The notes beneath the pieces are model-generated. The model was not told the origin of the DNA. It searched no databases and saw nothing but the letters and a program-made list of their open reading frames with translations. DNA of 64,000 bases, from NCBI GenBank assembly GCA_002633005.1, contig NMRA01000380.1:370834-434833 (forward strand), written 5' to 3'. The DNA is from Phoronis australis. Taxonomy: Eukaryota > Animalia > Phoronida. The position numbers and the translations under genes were made by a program. Below are positions 13,201 through 26,900 of this stretch, one piece after another; within the stretch, counting starts at the first letter, position 1; every line of letters starts with the position of its first letter.

Positions 13201-16200
13201 CATAGGGTACGGACTCATCTTAAAATCAATGTCACAATGAGGCTAGATTGGAACACTAATGCCAAATTTCATAAAAAAACCAGAACCATTGCTGGTGTTG
13301 TCAGATGGCGCTGGTGATTTGTATTCCACTGACACCGATTGCTCTGGCATTTTTGCTGAAATAGGCCTTGTGCTTTTCCAGACCAATATTTTTCAGTTTC
13401 CCGAGGTGACATGGGCCAGAAAAATAGATTGACTCTAAATGTAAATCTCAATTCAAAACAGTACAAATGTTCTTTTTCTAGCAAGAATATTCATTTATGA
13501 TCAAGTAAAAATGCTTCAGGACCAAATTTGATCGATGGCTGCCCAGTAGGAATATTATTTTTTTACGTTTTAGGTAAACATAACCAGAAAACAATCCATG
13601 CCAAATTACGTGGTCTGGACGTCGCAAGTATTGCTAAATTTGCAGGATCCATGCGACAGGCACAAGCGCATCGCATGGTCATCGCCTATGGGACACAGTT
13701 CCATTATTTTCTTGGTTGCGTCTTTGTTGGACATAACAATGCAGGTCACATGGATATCGTATGTTAGGCACACATCAGCCCATCGCCGATAAATTCTTAC
13801 CATTATTTTTATAAAAGGAACAAAAAACAAAGTGAACAATGGATACGCTTATCTATCGATATCTGTGCGACGACCTTGTGACCTAGTTTCCCTTGGGTAA
13901 CGAAGACATGAGTTTTATCTTAGCGGTGGTGAAAGTATGGAAGAATAATGTCAACATGATACAAGTCATTGGTTGTATTAGTGGAATATTTTAGGTTTGA
14001 CGTAGTCCCCAGTACGATGCTTATTAGGCAACTGCAGCCTGAAGCCGTCATTTTGGAAGTTTTGAAAATCCCATAACTTTCTTATGTATCGATTAGTTTT
14101 GGAAATTGAGGTATCATTTTTGCTTCAGTTGGGTAGCTGTATCGTGTTACACCGTCAGACTTGTTCAAATCCTTTAAAAAAATCACTTGGGGTTCCTAGT
14201 TATAGGGTTATAGGGATTGTGATTTACAAACTTTATGGAACTGCGGTAGCAGATCAAAATCGATCATGAAAGTTGACACATGAAATGAGGTACCAAAATA
14301 CAGAAAGAAAATAATTCAGATAATTATTGGAATTTATTTACTTGAGTTTTTCTGTATTTTGCAGTACGACATTGTGCACTGTGAGCGGAAGTAGAGTAAC
14401 AATCACCATGGTGACCCTGAAACTTATTATCACAAGTCTCAGTTGTAGTGCAAATTAATGGGTTAAGAACTAATGAAAAATTATTAAAAGGTCTTTGATA
14501 TTGTTCCTAATTTTAGTTGCAGACACACCGAGACACCCAGCATTCATATATGAGTTTCAGTTGTCACCTCCTTCTAAATTACAAGGAGACAAACCAAAGA
14601 AGGAAAATGTTGGAAAATGCAAGCAATACAAAAAGTTGAAGGTAAAGAAACATCTCTTGGTGCTTAATTTCTTCATTCTTTACACTACTGTACACATTTT
14701 ATTAACATTTTGGCCAGTTAAAGCTTAACCAGCAAGAGGCACTACTTCTGATTTCCAAACAATCAACATTGAATGCTTCGTAGCAGTAGAGATTTGAATA
14801 GCCTGATTTTTTACGAGATGGGTGCCAGTCGGTGATGCCACTAAGGTTAAACAGAAAAATCACACGCAGTGCACACCATTTTTGACACTACAGTCTATAG
14901 AACTATGTTTGTCATTAAAAGTTGACCTTTTTTATTCTATCAATGACAAAAACACTAGTTAACTAAACGAAATAAAACAGAAACTCGTGCATTGCAACTG
15001 CTGTTCCATTGTTGAGTAGTCCCATTCCTTAGTGCCCTCTTTTGGTTTCGTGAGTCGTAATAGGTTTACTAAGCTTGTGTACCCAGTCTCATAGTAGATC
15101 AATTGTCTACATAAAAATACAGTCGGTTTTGATAGTACAGATGGAATTCACAATGCATCAAGTGGTAGATTGTCATAAGGTGTTGTCCTCTATCACACAG
15201 GGCTGATGTAATTTCAGGACCAAAGGCCAATCTCAAAAGTTCGCCCAACCATGCATTTGGCCATGCCAAAGGGCACATTACAAAAAAAATTCCCATTTGG
15301 TTTCAATTCCAAATTGAGGCTGAATCCAGATACTAGTCTAATCCACTGTTTAGTAATTACCCACAACCATCTGTCTGGCATCACGACTCACAGACCTATT
15401 ATCTATGGTGGTTCAAACAGTTCTTTAAAAAATTATCCCAACCTAACTTATGAAAAAATCAATTTAAGAGTACCAACACTTAGTAAAATCCCCAGTTCAT
15501 GACAAGTCAAATTACATTAGCCAGTGTTTTGTTGACACTAAGTCATCACTAATATGGTGCATTGCTCTGACGCACAAAAGGTTGTAAAAATTTCTAATAC
15601 AGTGTATTTTTATTGCGACTGTCACAGGATACATGTGCTTTATATTGAGACTGTGAGGAAGAGTTGACTAAAAACTCAAGATTTGAGGGAACCTTTTCCT
15701 ATGAAACTGGGTAATGTTTTCAATATCCACCATGCAAATTTTCCCAAATATATGACCAGGACGTATCTTAGGAAAAAATTCCTCGGCCTACGGCTCGGCT
15801 TGTTTGTATGGGTATCACAGCACTGAAAAAGTGGGGGAGTAATAACCCCCCACCCCCAGGCCCCTATGGTATGAGCCACCCATGCCCATGGGCAGTGCAG
15901 CACTGAAATAAGTGAAGAGTCTATAACCCCCCCCCCCCAAGCGCCGCCCATGGTTTGTAGCAAACTAGTGCCGTAATACTTTAGGTACTTCATACCCCAC
16001 GCTTTTACATAACGCTAAGTTGCCTTCTCAGCTATAAATCACTGTAAGCCACTCGTCCAACTTACCAAAATAAGTCATTATTGCCCAAGTCATTGCTTTA
16101 CAAAATTTTTGGAGTGATGATGCAGAAGCCATTTTTCTTTTAGATTATCAACAGGAAAAGGCTCATTACCTTAATAAATCAGATGCGATTTGAAATGGCC

Positions 16201-16269
16201 AAGATTAGGAAAAGGCAAAAGGCAGTGCGTGAAAGGATGTCTGCAACCAAGCCAATCACAGAAGAATGA
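4281..16269 (+). CDS. C5orf47: Multi-exon small protein resembling vertebrate C5orf47 (DUF4680); exons ~4281-4371, 10018-10216, 14517-14641, 16144-16269 (stop); start exon uncertain
   Basis: AG/GT-bounded exons join in frame (phases 0,1,0): DRARCVLVRHTARHSSAY...KQ | EAGETTAPLSP...SSIQ | IADTPRHPAFIYEFQLSPP...KKLK | IINRKRLITLINQMRFEMAKIRKRQKAVRERMSATKPITEE*. The N- and C-terminal blocks align with my recollection of human C5orf47 (DSARFVYVTRFGSH; YDFPIP...KKKKVLVWNRVYKVISRMLEENEKYRHRLK). Candidate start exons are 3952-4034 or 4189-4213. Confidence 0.55.
5890..9096. repeat. 1.6-kb near-identical direct duplication (5890-7490 / 7492-9096) split by a single N; probable haplotype-overlap assembly artefact
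   Basis: Offset 1602; the two copies give identical 145-aa ORFs; they differ by scattered SNPs and a 4-bp indel; the N at 7491 is exactly at the junction. Confidence 0.85.
10932..11456. mobile_element. Harbinger-like non-autonomous element (GGCC termini, GTTAAC/TCGAAGTTA-rich interior); related fragment at ~39090-39320
   Basis: Left GGCCTTTCGTACT versus right AATACCAAAGGGCC (imperfect inverted repeat). Internal blocks TGGATCGAAGTTAA and CTTGTGATAA(C/T)TTCGATG recur near 39095 and 39251. Confidence 0.5.
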
Positions 16270-17005
16270 GCTATTTGTTTGCAAACTGAAAGCGGATATA
16301 AACCTCTCTTCTGTCAACAAAAACAAATTTTAGTTTAGAGCGCTTGACATTATAAAAGCTGATTTTAACTGAGATTAGAAACAACTTCTGGGTTTGGGAG
16401 GAATGGACAGTTCGCTATTGCTCAAGTTCAGGCTCAAATGAGTTGCTTGTCGGAATGTGCCATTTCATGCACCAAGCTGTCAGGTCTTCTCAACAGCCAG
16501 ATGTCATCATCATCTGCGAGAAAGTTCATACTAGCTTTATACAACAGTGTGACGTCCAAATCAAATGCCGTATTCCACACTCTCGCTCTTCTCAGCCATT
16601 AGGTAAGATTATCTTGATTGTACAATGGTGGCGCTGTGGGCAAGACAGGCTTCGCGGTCTTTTGTCCTTCAGAACCGTCAAGAAGGGGTGAAATGAGTCG
16701 TCGGCTGCATCCATGGATATTTATCCAGTTTATCCCACTTCCTTGAAACAGCATTGCAGCCCATGGCACAGCAGTAATACTTTCCCGGCACGACTTTAAG
16801 ATGATATAAAACAAAGTATTCAGACGACATGTGGTAACATGTGAATCTACATAGGAGCGAAAGCGAGGCTGGTGACCTGCCTGCCACCATATCTGGAGGT
16901 GTGCCGCTATTTTGCACCTCATGGCATGGGAGAGCGATAAATGCGGAAGGTGAGAATTGCAAGTTTCGTTGATGAAAAAGGGGTTTATAACCACTTAAGA
17001 TATTA

Positions 17006-17162
17006 CCGTAAACGTTGGGGTTAACGCCCTGGGCGGTAAAATTTGCAAACCCAAAAAATCGGGGGTGGGCGGTTAACCAGACATGGGCGCTTAAACGTGA
17101 AATTTCAAGAAATCCAGGGTGGGTGGTTAACTGAACATGGGCGTTAACCTGAACGTTTACGG
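17006..17162. mobile_element. MITE with CCGTA termini and TA target duplication (Tc1/mariner-type)
   Basis: TA|CCGTAAACGTTGGGGTTAACGCCC ... GGGCGTTAACCTGAACGTTTACGG|TA. Confidence 0.8.
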
Positions 17163-17966
17163 TATTTTCAGCTTTTTAATTTATTGTTATTGCTAATGTT
17201 TGAAATTAAATAATTTTATGTACACATATATTTACAAGTTATAGATTCTTTTTAAAAGACGTCATCTAGAAAAGTCTTTTGCAGTACAATTGTGATTGTG
17301 TCTGTGTGTGTCTAGACAAGAGCAATAAAAAGATTTGTTAAGTGTACATAATATATTAATTCTTTAAGTTAAGCATAACAATTACATAAAGAAAACCACC
17401 GGTCAATGACTATTGAGTGATCTTCGTACCAATTTAACTCTATATAATTTTTATAATAGAGTAAACTAATAACAAACTCTTTGATCAAATATCGAAACCA
17501 TCAACTAGTCAAGACATCAAAAATCTTTTGAGTTCGCCAGAGTGATTCAGCATTCAGACAACAGGTGGCCTTAATGTGAAACAATTAGACCTAGCAGTTG
17601 TTCCCAAGCCTAGATATCACTTCCAATTTGAGCAAACAAAAAGGTGAGACCGATAACAAGTGGCTGAAATCAAAAGTTGAAGTGTGGTAGAGAATGAGGT
17701 GTTTTTTGCCCCCTTTCACTAAAAAGTGATTTGAAGAGTTCATACTCAATGCTACAAAATAAACATATCCAACAGCATTTCCCATCACCACGGCTGGTGA
17801 AAGCCGAATCCATTGTCTGGATAGTCTTCCCTCAAAAGGGAAATTAACAGGAAAGTTAGTAAGGTGGCGAGGCCATTTTGTGAAAAACTTGGTGCCCTTA
17901 GTTACTAACAGTTACTGTTGCTGTTAACAGATAGCCGTCATTCTAATCCCTGAGGACACTGATGCA

Positions 17967-20900
17967 CTAAAAGTTGTCCTTTGCTTCATTAAATAAAGTA
18001 TTCAGCCAATCAGACACTAGGGGGAGGACCTTCCAGTTGTCAGTCACAATTGTGAAACACCTTTCGTTAATTTTCAACAATAGGTGGTGCTGTGGTGGAA
18101 GCAAAATTCCAACATGATGAATGACATCTGAAATAAAAAGATACGAAAACCCAAGCTTAAGACATTTTTTTAAAAAGTGACGAATTTGGAACGGCTAAGC
18201 AAATTTAAAACAGAATTAATATAAAACTGGAATGAAATCAATCTGTGCCAAGATACGATACCAGTCAGCATTCTAGCTTGACTCACAAAAAGGCACCTTT
18301 ACTCTCTGAAGGAGTTCTGTGTGGGGGAAAATATTTCCCCAGAGTAGTGAACTGAGTTGAAACTAGTTCTAATCAGATTGGGAGTTTCTTGTTTGGTGAG
18401 GAGAATCTAGTGTGCATTTTGAAGATATTCACATTAACGGGTTGCTGCCTGGGCCTCCAATAACCTAATTTTGAAACAATACTGATTCATAATATTTCAA
18501 AAATGTTGGACATATTAACTAGTCAAAAGGGTGTTTAAATTCCAACTGTGGATCACGCTCAAGAGAAAAGGGCGTTATACTTAATGAACTTTAAGTTAAA
18601 TATCTGTTTTGTCTTTTTTAAATTCAAGTTTAAAAAAAATAATTGCAGGTAGTCTGGTACTTGTACCAGATGTACGCAGGCCGCCAATGCGGGCCCAGTG
18701 CACTGCCACCTGGAACCGTTTTATGTTTCATTAATATATAGTTAAAACTGAGCTGAGAGCTAGAAACCTGACTCAAGGGTCCAGCAGTGTGGCCAAGTGG
18801 GACTCAAATTCACGACCTCGAAAATTCATCGAGCGTAACGTTTTAGTTGCTCATGCTTTCAAAAAAGAAAACCCACCAAAGACCAGCAAAAATGATGCAC
18901 GATCTTTTTTTACTCATTGCTTGCCAAATGATAGGGTATCAAACGTTGCCTACATGTCATTGTGCAGCTTAAAAAATCTTTGCTAAATTTGATTCGGGTG
19001 GACACTTTTAGCTAGTGGCTCCACATCTCCAAATGAATCGAGTAAGCTTTAGGTTGTATAGCTTTAACAGCTTTTAAAAAACACCTTCCAAAGCTAAATA
19101 GTAAGTCATTAAAGAACTTGAAGAACACTTTATCAATGAAAACTACTAAATGAAAATCACAATCCAGTCATACCTTTTGGATTTGAGTAGACCGTAAATC
19201 GCTTCAGTTTTGATAGGACAGATTTCAGAACATGAGATGAATGGGACTCGTGGCTCCAAGCGGACTGTACGCACTGGCTGCTGTAAATGAAATTATCATT
19301 ATAATAAGTATGTGAAGAATATATGTAGCATTTATGAGAGATGCTGGATAGATTTGACAGAGGTTAAATGTCTTGTGCAAATGGCAACTAAATTTGTTGA
19401 GGAACGGCAAATCTTGGATAATGGAACTACATGGGAGTGATTGTAAATGACCTAATTAAGGTAAATCAATTCTGAGGCAAGAGGGGACTCCTCGATTGAC
19501 ATGGAAAATAGAAGATGCATCAAGCAATTAGACAAAGTGCTTTTTGCAGGGGCAAATGAACACGAATTACAAAGCGAATCACCAAACCAGGAAAACTATT
19601 TTAATAAAAAATAGCACTGTTAGGATTATATTATAGTGTATGCTAAATGTATCGCTATTACGTTATGAGACTGATGAGTTACGATGCCTCAAAGCTGAGC
19701 GTATCTGCGCATGTGCAGGCTTTAGCATGGGCGGTGCACCACAGGGGGGCTGGGGGGGGCTTTAGCCCCCCACTTTTTTCAGTGCTGGGCTGCCCAGGTT
19801 TAGTCACATGGTAATCCCTGTGACCTTTAAACTGGACAATGATGAACAGAATGACTGAAGCCTGCACATGCACGTATAACGTTCACAATCAAATATAATT
19901 TGAGACTAGGAAAATACTCGAGGTGTTTCCTATGGGCTCAAAAATGAGCACCAAACCTCCATGAACTAACTTAGCTCTATGTTTTATAGACTTAACTAAC
20001 CACTGCGTTTTAAGCTTCGTGCAGAGTAGGCAGAGTTCAAACCTTCGAAACCATGGATCCATCTAAGAACCTCAAAAACAGGTCAAAAGTTCAACCCTTT
20101 GCAGCATTGTAAACATGAGTAATTCTTGACTGGTGAGGACAAGTTGAGTAAATACACAAAGAACACATTACCTATTTTCTTTGCATGTAAAGTTTTCCCA
20201 TAAAAGGCTAAACAGCTGCTGGCCAGTCATTTCCACACCAGAGGGTACTGGCAACAGTAGGAACAGGTCATCGAACTGCACAGTGATTGGTTCTAACAGA
20301 CACTCACAGGTGATGCCACTTGACGAAGTGAAGACGGCCCTAAAACACAAATGACTTTTCATAGCATGCTTCACACACCGGAGACATAAACAGTAGAAGG
20401 TAACAGTCCAATATTGGTACATTAAGACAAATCTCTTGGAGCCAGAACTTCCATCGCACACTCGCAGAGCTGAATGAAACCAAATCAGCTCCGAGTGTGA
20501 TTTCAAGCAAGAGAATATAGTTCGAAAATATATTCACAGGTATGGAAATCATCAAGAAGTGACATTGGCAGTTAAGGATATGTACAGGGTGGGTCACTGA
20601 AAAGCGATATGGGAAGAAAATTTCAAATTTGGCTAACTTAGGTACATCATATCTCAGAAATGTCGGATGGGATAAATATGAAACATTCAAATACTATGCT
20701 TCGTATACTGTTCATGAATTGTTTTTAAAATCCACTTTTGCGTGAGGGAATATCAAAAATAAGACCTTTAATGGTCTTTATAAAAAACTCACCAGTTGCA
20801 TAACATGAAAACTGAATCATAATTCAGAACCACATATTAAAAGTGCAAGTCACGAATCATTTTAATTGTAAAGCAGCAGCTCCACCTTTTGTTCTGGCAG

Positions 20901-23900
20901 GAAACCAACCCCTTACCTGACCTCACTGCTGTGGCCAGTACTTCAAGTTGACCTTACCTGATGTTAATAGATGAAGGAACAGGCTCCTCAGGGCACACCG
21001 GCAAGGAAATAAATTTTCCTAAAACATTAACAAGAAATCCAATTAGAGGTATATAGCCTTCTAACAAAACAATTTTATTTTGAACAGCCAAAGATTCTTT
21101 GATAATTGCAATGCAAACATGAGTCCAGTTACTAGTAAACAACCTGAACACAGGAGCCACTACACAAAATAAGCAGTGCAGAAAGCGGCACGATTAAATT
21201 TGTCAAAAATCTACTCTTTTGAGGTGGCTAATGCATCTAGTATAATTTCTCTAGTGACAGTTCTCAAGCAGCAGTTCAAAGTATTGACAGACATTTTTTT
21301 CTTAATTCCTTTATGAAAGCTCAGAATTCTAGTGATTTGTTACAAATTGAGCAATGCTGATCTACACTTTTTTAGGAATTGTAAAGTTCAGTCTATTCAC
21401 CGACAAACTTTTGGTTGCTAACTTGACCAAACTTGTTAGAAAACAAAAAGTGCCAGCGGAGATAGGTAATGAAACATGACCAAGCACTAGCAGAGTACAC
21501 TCGCAAAAAGTTTGGCATCACCAAACAGTTTTGTCATGTTTGCTAACACGTTTCACTGATTTTGCCAGTGCAGACAGAACTACGAATTTTAAAATCAGCG
21601 CATATGTAAACAACGACATATTGATCGACGGTTTATGCTCTATAAACCAGATCTTAGCCAACGATAATGCCACCCTCAGGCTGCTCATTAATTAGGCTAT
21701 GCATATACGGTTGAATCATGCTGAACGCTATCTCAACAGAAACCTTGGTTCATTTGAGCTCCAACTCTTTTGATTTCTGATCTCTCCCCTCAGAATGCAG
21801 TTTGATGTGTACCTGTACAGTCTGTTCTCCACCTGTGTCACCCAATTGAATAATAAGAACTTTTGCTTTTGTCTTGAGAATGATTTATAGAGAATAAACC
21901 AAAACGTCAATCAATATGTTGTTTACCTTAGCTCTGATTTTAAAGTTCGTACTCATATTTTGGCCAAAACATTTAATGTAGACAGAACTTTGTGTTTTTA
22001 AATGCAAAATAAAAACGTACCAAAAGCACGAAGAAAATTTGCCGTCCATTACAATCATCTGAAGGGACTAAAATGTTAAATCAAGCTGTTTTAATAAATT
22101 GCTGATCATTATTCTTAAAGTAATGGTGCAAAGTGTGTTATTTAGCATCTTTTCTTTATTTGGATGTTTTCATCGTCAATCACTTACCTTCACTGTCCGT
22201 AGTCAACGAAGAAATGTATAAATCTGAAAGAACAGCAAAAGACCGAACAGTCAAAAATACTAGCAAATAAACATCGTGCCCAAAAACTCCAACAGGTAAA
22301 GCAACACGGTGAGAAAAACCAAGTCAATCAGAAAAATCCATTTAAAACGCTAAGATGACCAAAAGTCATCGAACATTAACAATCATGGTAAAAATTCTTC
22401 AATTTGGGACAAACTTCCACATTTCTATTTTCTAGATGCTTAACATGTTGTTGCAAATGTTGTTTGGTAATAGCTACACCATACAAACCGTGCTAAAAGC
22501 AAACTAACCTTGCCTGAAAAGTTATTTTATTTAGAAATTTGACAAAATGAAATTTCACCTGTCCGCCATATTATGTGTGCTTAGAAGAACTGTCTAGTCC
22601 AAAACGTTCCATAAATTCATCAGAATTTGTTTGGTTCTGTTGATTAAGTTATAGCAAAAAAATAGGAAGAAACTACGACAAAAAAAACACTAAAACAGTT
22701 CAAAAAATTAACAGATTTTTTCAAAAACTTGCCTATTTTCAACAAAAAGATTTCGTAGACATGTTTTGAAAACTACATCAGGATTTTTATTCCATCATCT
22801 GTCGTATAAAGAGGCTTACTTTTAATTTCCTGGTAACATTTGGGGGTCTCAATGTGAAGAGCGATAGCGTAGATGGTGTCAAACTCGCAATCTTTCACCT
22901 GTTAATGGAAATAAAGCATTAACTCCTACGGATACATGCGAAAGAAGATCGAAATGCCAGCAAGTGAAAGTGGAGTCGAACCGGCGCATCTTGACCTCAC
23001 AGTGCGACGTGCTAGTGTCAGTGATGAGTCTTACTTTGTCAAGTGCTTCCAGTTTTGTGTTTGCAGACAGAAACAGCTGAGTTACCATTGGCAGCCAGTT
23101 GTACCAGGTCAACCACCTTAGACATCCGAATGGTTCCCAATGACGACTTCAGGGTTACAGGCCAATTGGATGTTTTAGCCGGTTAACCCAGTAGTTTCGC
23201 CAAAGGCAATCAAGCGCAGTCATTGTAAACTCGCCTTGTTTTGCAATTTGGAAATAAAACTAAATCACGCTTGTATTGGCATATCCTTACCAAAGCGATC
23301 TGATAGGAGAGCTTGATGGTGGGCCTAAACTGCGGAGAAAGGACGCAGGTTCTGTACAGACTCAACAAATTGGTTTCTTTCGCAACGACTGGAACAGTTG
23401 GTGTCAGCGTATCGTAGTTGGTCTCTAGTTCAATTCTGCAACCATAACATCAATATGTGCATAACGAAACAAAACATTCCATGAATAGGTTCATTTACCA
23501 GGGCCCTCAATGCCTCCATTTTGGGGACAAATATCAGCCCCATTCCCATATGAAAAATATTTTAAAATCATACGACAATCCACTCATGAGAACCAATAAT
23601 TTCCCCTCCAATGATTAAAACTTTCCCTCGTGGTTAGAATCACTTCTGCAAAATGTTAGCACTGGCTACTTGAGGCACTGACGATGAAGGGTGGTCACAG
23701 GCACCTTTCCCCTCGGGTGAGCAAGAGCTCTGTTTTTAGACACAAATTCAAGCTCGATTGTATAGAAATACCAGTGAGCAAGCAGTACAACCAAAATTTC
23801 GAATGATTTAAAAATAATTTAAAAGTGTATGATCGAAAGGCTGCAGCATGAAGTCCCTTTGGTCAGAAAATTGGTCCTGCTCAGATATTTGACTGTTTTT

Positions 23901-26900
23901 GGCAAAAATTTTAGTAGACTGAACTTTATGCTCACAAGAGCAGTAGAATTTTCAAAAAATCCAAGGCATCATCAATTGAAAGTAAATTCGTTTGGTGGTA
24001 GTCAGTATGGCAAAAATTGTGAAGAAAATTGGGTGAAATTGACGCCAGTAAATAGTAAATTATTTCGCAAAAAATAATTGCCAAATTGTCATTTTCTTCT
24101 ATTTTTAAAGGCTAATTACTTTGTTACACATAACAGACCATTAACCAAATGTTACTTGATGACATCTACACGACATGCAAACTAAGCAAAAATTGAACTA
24201 GAATTTCCTAATCTTTATTTTTGTTGATAAACTTGAAAAAAACAAAATTTTAATGAGTAAAACAGGTGAAGAATTGCCATGTTGACTACACCAAAATCTA
24301 TCAAAAGTAGAATGCAATGACTGTGTGATTCAATTAAAAGGATACCAAGCCTGGTTTTGGCCTACTAATAGACACTAAAAACGACTCTCCCGTCTAGTTC
24401 TCTGAAACGAAATTATGCTCTGTAACCCTTGACAACCCTCAAAAGTTTGGAGAAAAATCTGAAAACTGTCAAAGTCTGATAAACGGGCATGCATGACCTA
24501 TGCTTTAATGAATTACGTGGCAACTGTAGAGAGAGACCACCCACCAAGAACCATAATGTGCAATTTGCGAAACAGGTGGCATGAGTTTCTAATTGATTAC
24601 TGCTTTTATCTTTCAAGACTGATGCATTAACAGGTGACAGAACGAGGATTGGTTGAAATCATCAAAAATAGGGTTTGATATCCTTTTAAAAATTTGTTTA
24701 TGACTAATTTTGAAAGTCTCTATCATTCACCCTGGAATACAGAAATATTTAATTTCTTAAACCATACCTTTGCAGTTCAATAACTGGTTTATCAAGCAAC
24801 CTCTTGGGGGCAGCAGTGGGGAAATTTGTGCTTCCTGAAATGAACCAGTTAAGGTATGTGGTTAACAACATTGAGTACAAGATTCTCAAAATGTGTCGTC
24901 TTCAGGGCGGTTATAATTGAGATCATATAATGGAAAACCTTGGAAATTGTATGGTAAAACCTTACTATTTTCAGACAAAAATAATAGCGAATTGGCACTT
25001 TTTTCATTATTCAAAGTTTTCTCACATTGCAAGCGCCCACATTTTTTAAAAATATTGTTCGTTGGTATATATGGTACCGAACTTTAAAATGTCAAAGTGC
25101 TTTTTGATACTACGTAATACTATCATTTGCGAAAAAAATGAGAAAATAAAATTTCACCTGTCTGACATACTGTGTACAAACTGGTGAGATTTTACCAACT
25201 CGTAATAATTAAAACTCTTTAAATGTGACTGTAAACATAGCTCAAAGTCTCAAAACAGACATTCCATCTTCAAGGGATCAATTGTGAGGTGATGGTTCAA
25301 TCCATCGTCATGGTAGTGTTTCTTGGCCCACTCACTTTTCCCTTCTCATCACTCATTCCTCTTTGAAAATGGTTCCATATGAATTTCCATAGAAAAATTA
25401 GCACTTCATGAGTAAAACATCGGTACATTTGAAAAGCCATGGACACAATTCTACACGTGAGTTATTCAGTATAATGCAACTATAAGTGGCCTAGCAACAA
25501 TGTATCCATGAGTGACGCCCTTTCAGCCTATTCTGAAGTCCCATATAAATTCCTTAGATTTTCAGAAAAATGAACACTACGTAAAATACAGTGTTTTCTC
25601 TAATAGTTCGTACACTCTATTAGATCCTACATGTCCCTTGAAACACAGAGTTTTTCTCTTATAGTTCGCACAGTAGGAGTCTGAGGGAAAAATAGTTCGT
25701 ACACATATTTGCGTCGTAACATATTTCCCTTGTCATCTAACCGAACATTAATCAAGAGGCTAAAATTTTAGTGTTGAAAAACAACTAGCTCACTTGGCTG
25801 CTTCAAATCCTTGAATTTTTTATAACAAAAACTGATGTCCGTTTCTGAATTTTTTACTACCCATATTCTCTTCAAGGAAGATTTTGCGCACGTGCAGTTC
25901 AGTAGACAAAATGGCACGTACCTATTACATACTGTTGGCGTCTGAGATTTGGACAGGATATCGTGTAAGAGCATTAAATACTCGGTTATTTAACGAAAAT
26001 TGAAATGGTGTCTATCATAAGTTAAAGTATTATTGATCTTGAGTACACTGTTGGTACTATTAGTTGAACCTCTGAGGTATTTGCATATCGCAAAAGCGCA
26101 ATTCTTGTGTAGGGCGATATGTTTCAAAGGTGACTGCAACTGTCTTGCTTCAATTTTGCATTTGTAAGTAATACAACACTTCTGGGCCCAGGATCTGATC
26201 TCCAAATTCGAGACTTTACTCGAACTGAAACACAAAACTTAACAAATCACGTCAAACAATTCAAGCACATATCATGCCAGTCAACTAGAAGTGTGCCATG
26301 CTTACGGTCAATTGTTGAGAGATTAGACCCAGACCCTGATTGACCAAGAATTAAGTACGTTTTGAGTGGAGCTCATTAGATGTATTTATAAGTGTCTCAA
26401 ACATATTTCATCTTTGCTTCTTCAACTTACAAATGTTGCAGATTTTGGGCCACTGAAATGCTCTCGACATACATAACTTTCAATGGCCACCATTACTTTT
26501 TCCCCATACCTGCTACTATGTTACTCAGTTGATCAGTAGTTCCTTGTTTACCTCCAGCATTCAGCAATATGCTTGATACCTGCAATAATCAAGTCAAAAT
26601 TTAAGCTTAGTTTCTTCAAACATGGCTCACAACCTTGACCAGAAGGTGGATGACAACAGGGGGCACTTTATATCCATCCATTGAAGTAATACCAAATGGT
26701 TGAACAGCTGTGCCAACCCATCAAACCCTCCCTTTGGATACGAGCCTGTGATTCGCAGAGCCTTACTGACAAAATGTCTAACTTAACATGCACAATTCGA
26801 ACAAAAACAATAAAGTTCCGAGGTGATCACTGCATTCATCTAGGAAAATTAATTTGAAAACTTCGAAAATCCGAAAAAGTGACTGTTAAGCCATTAACAA

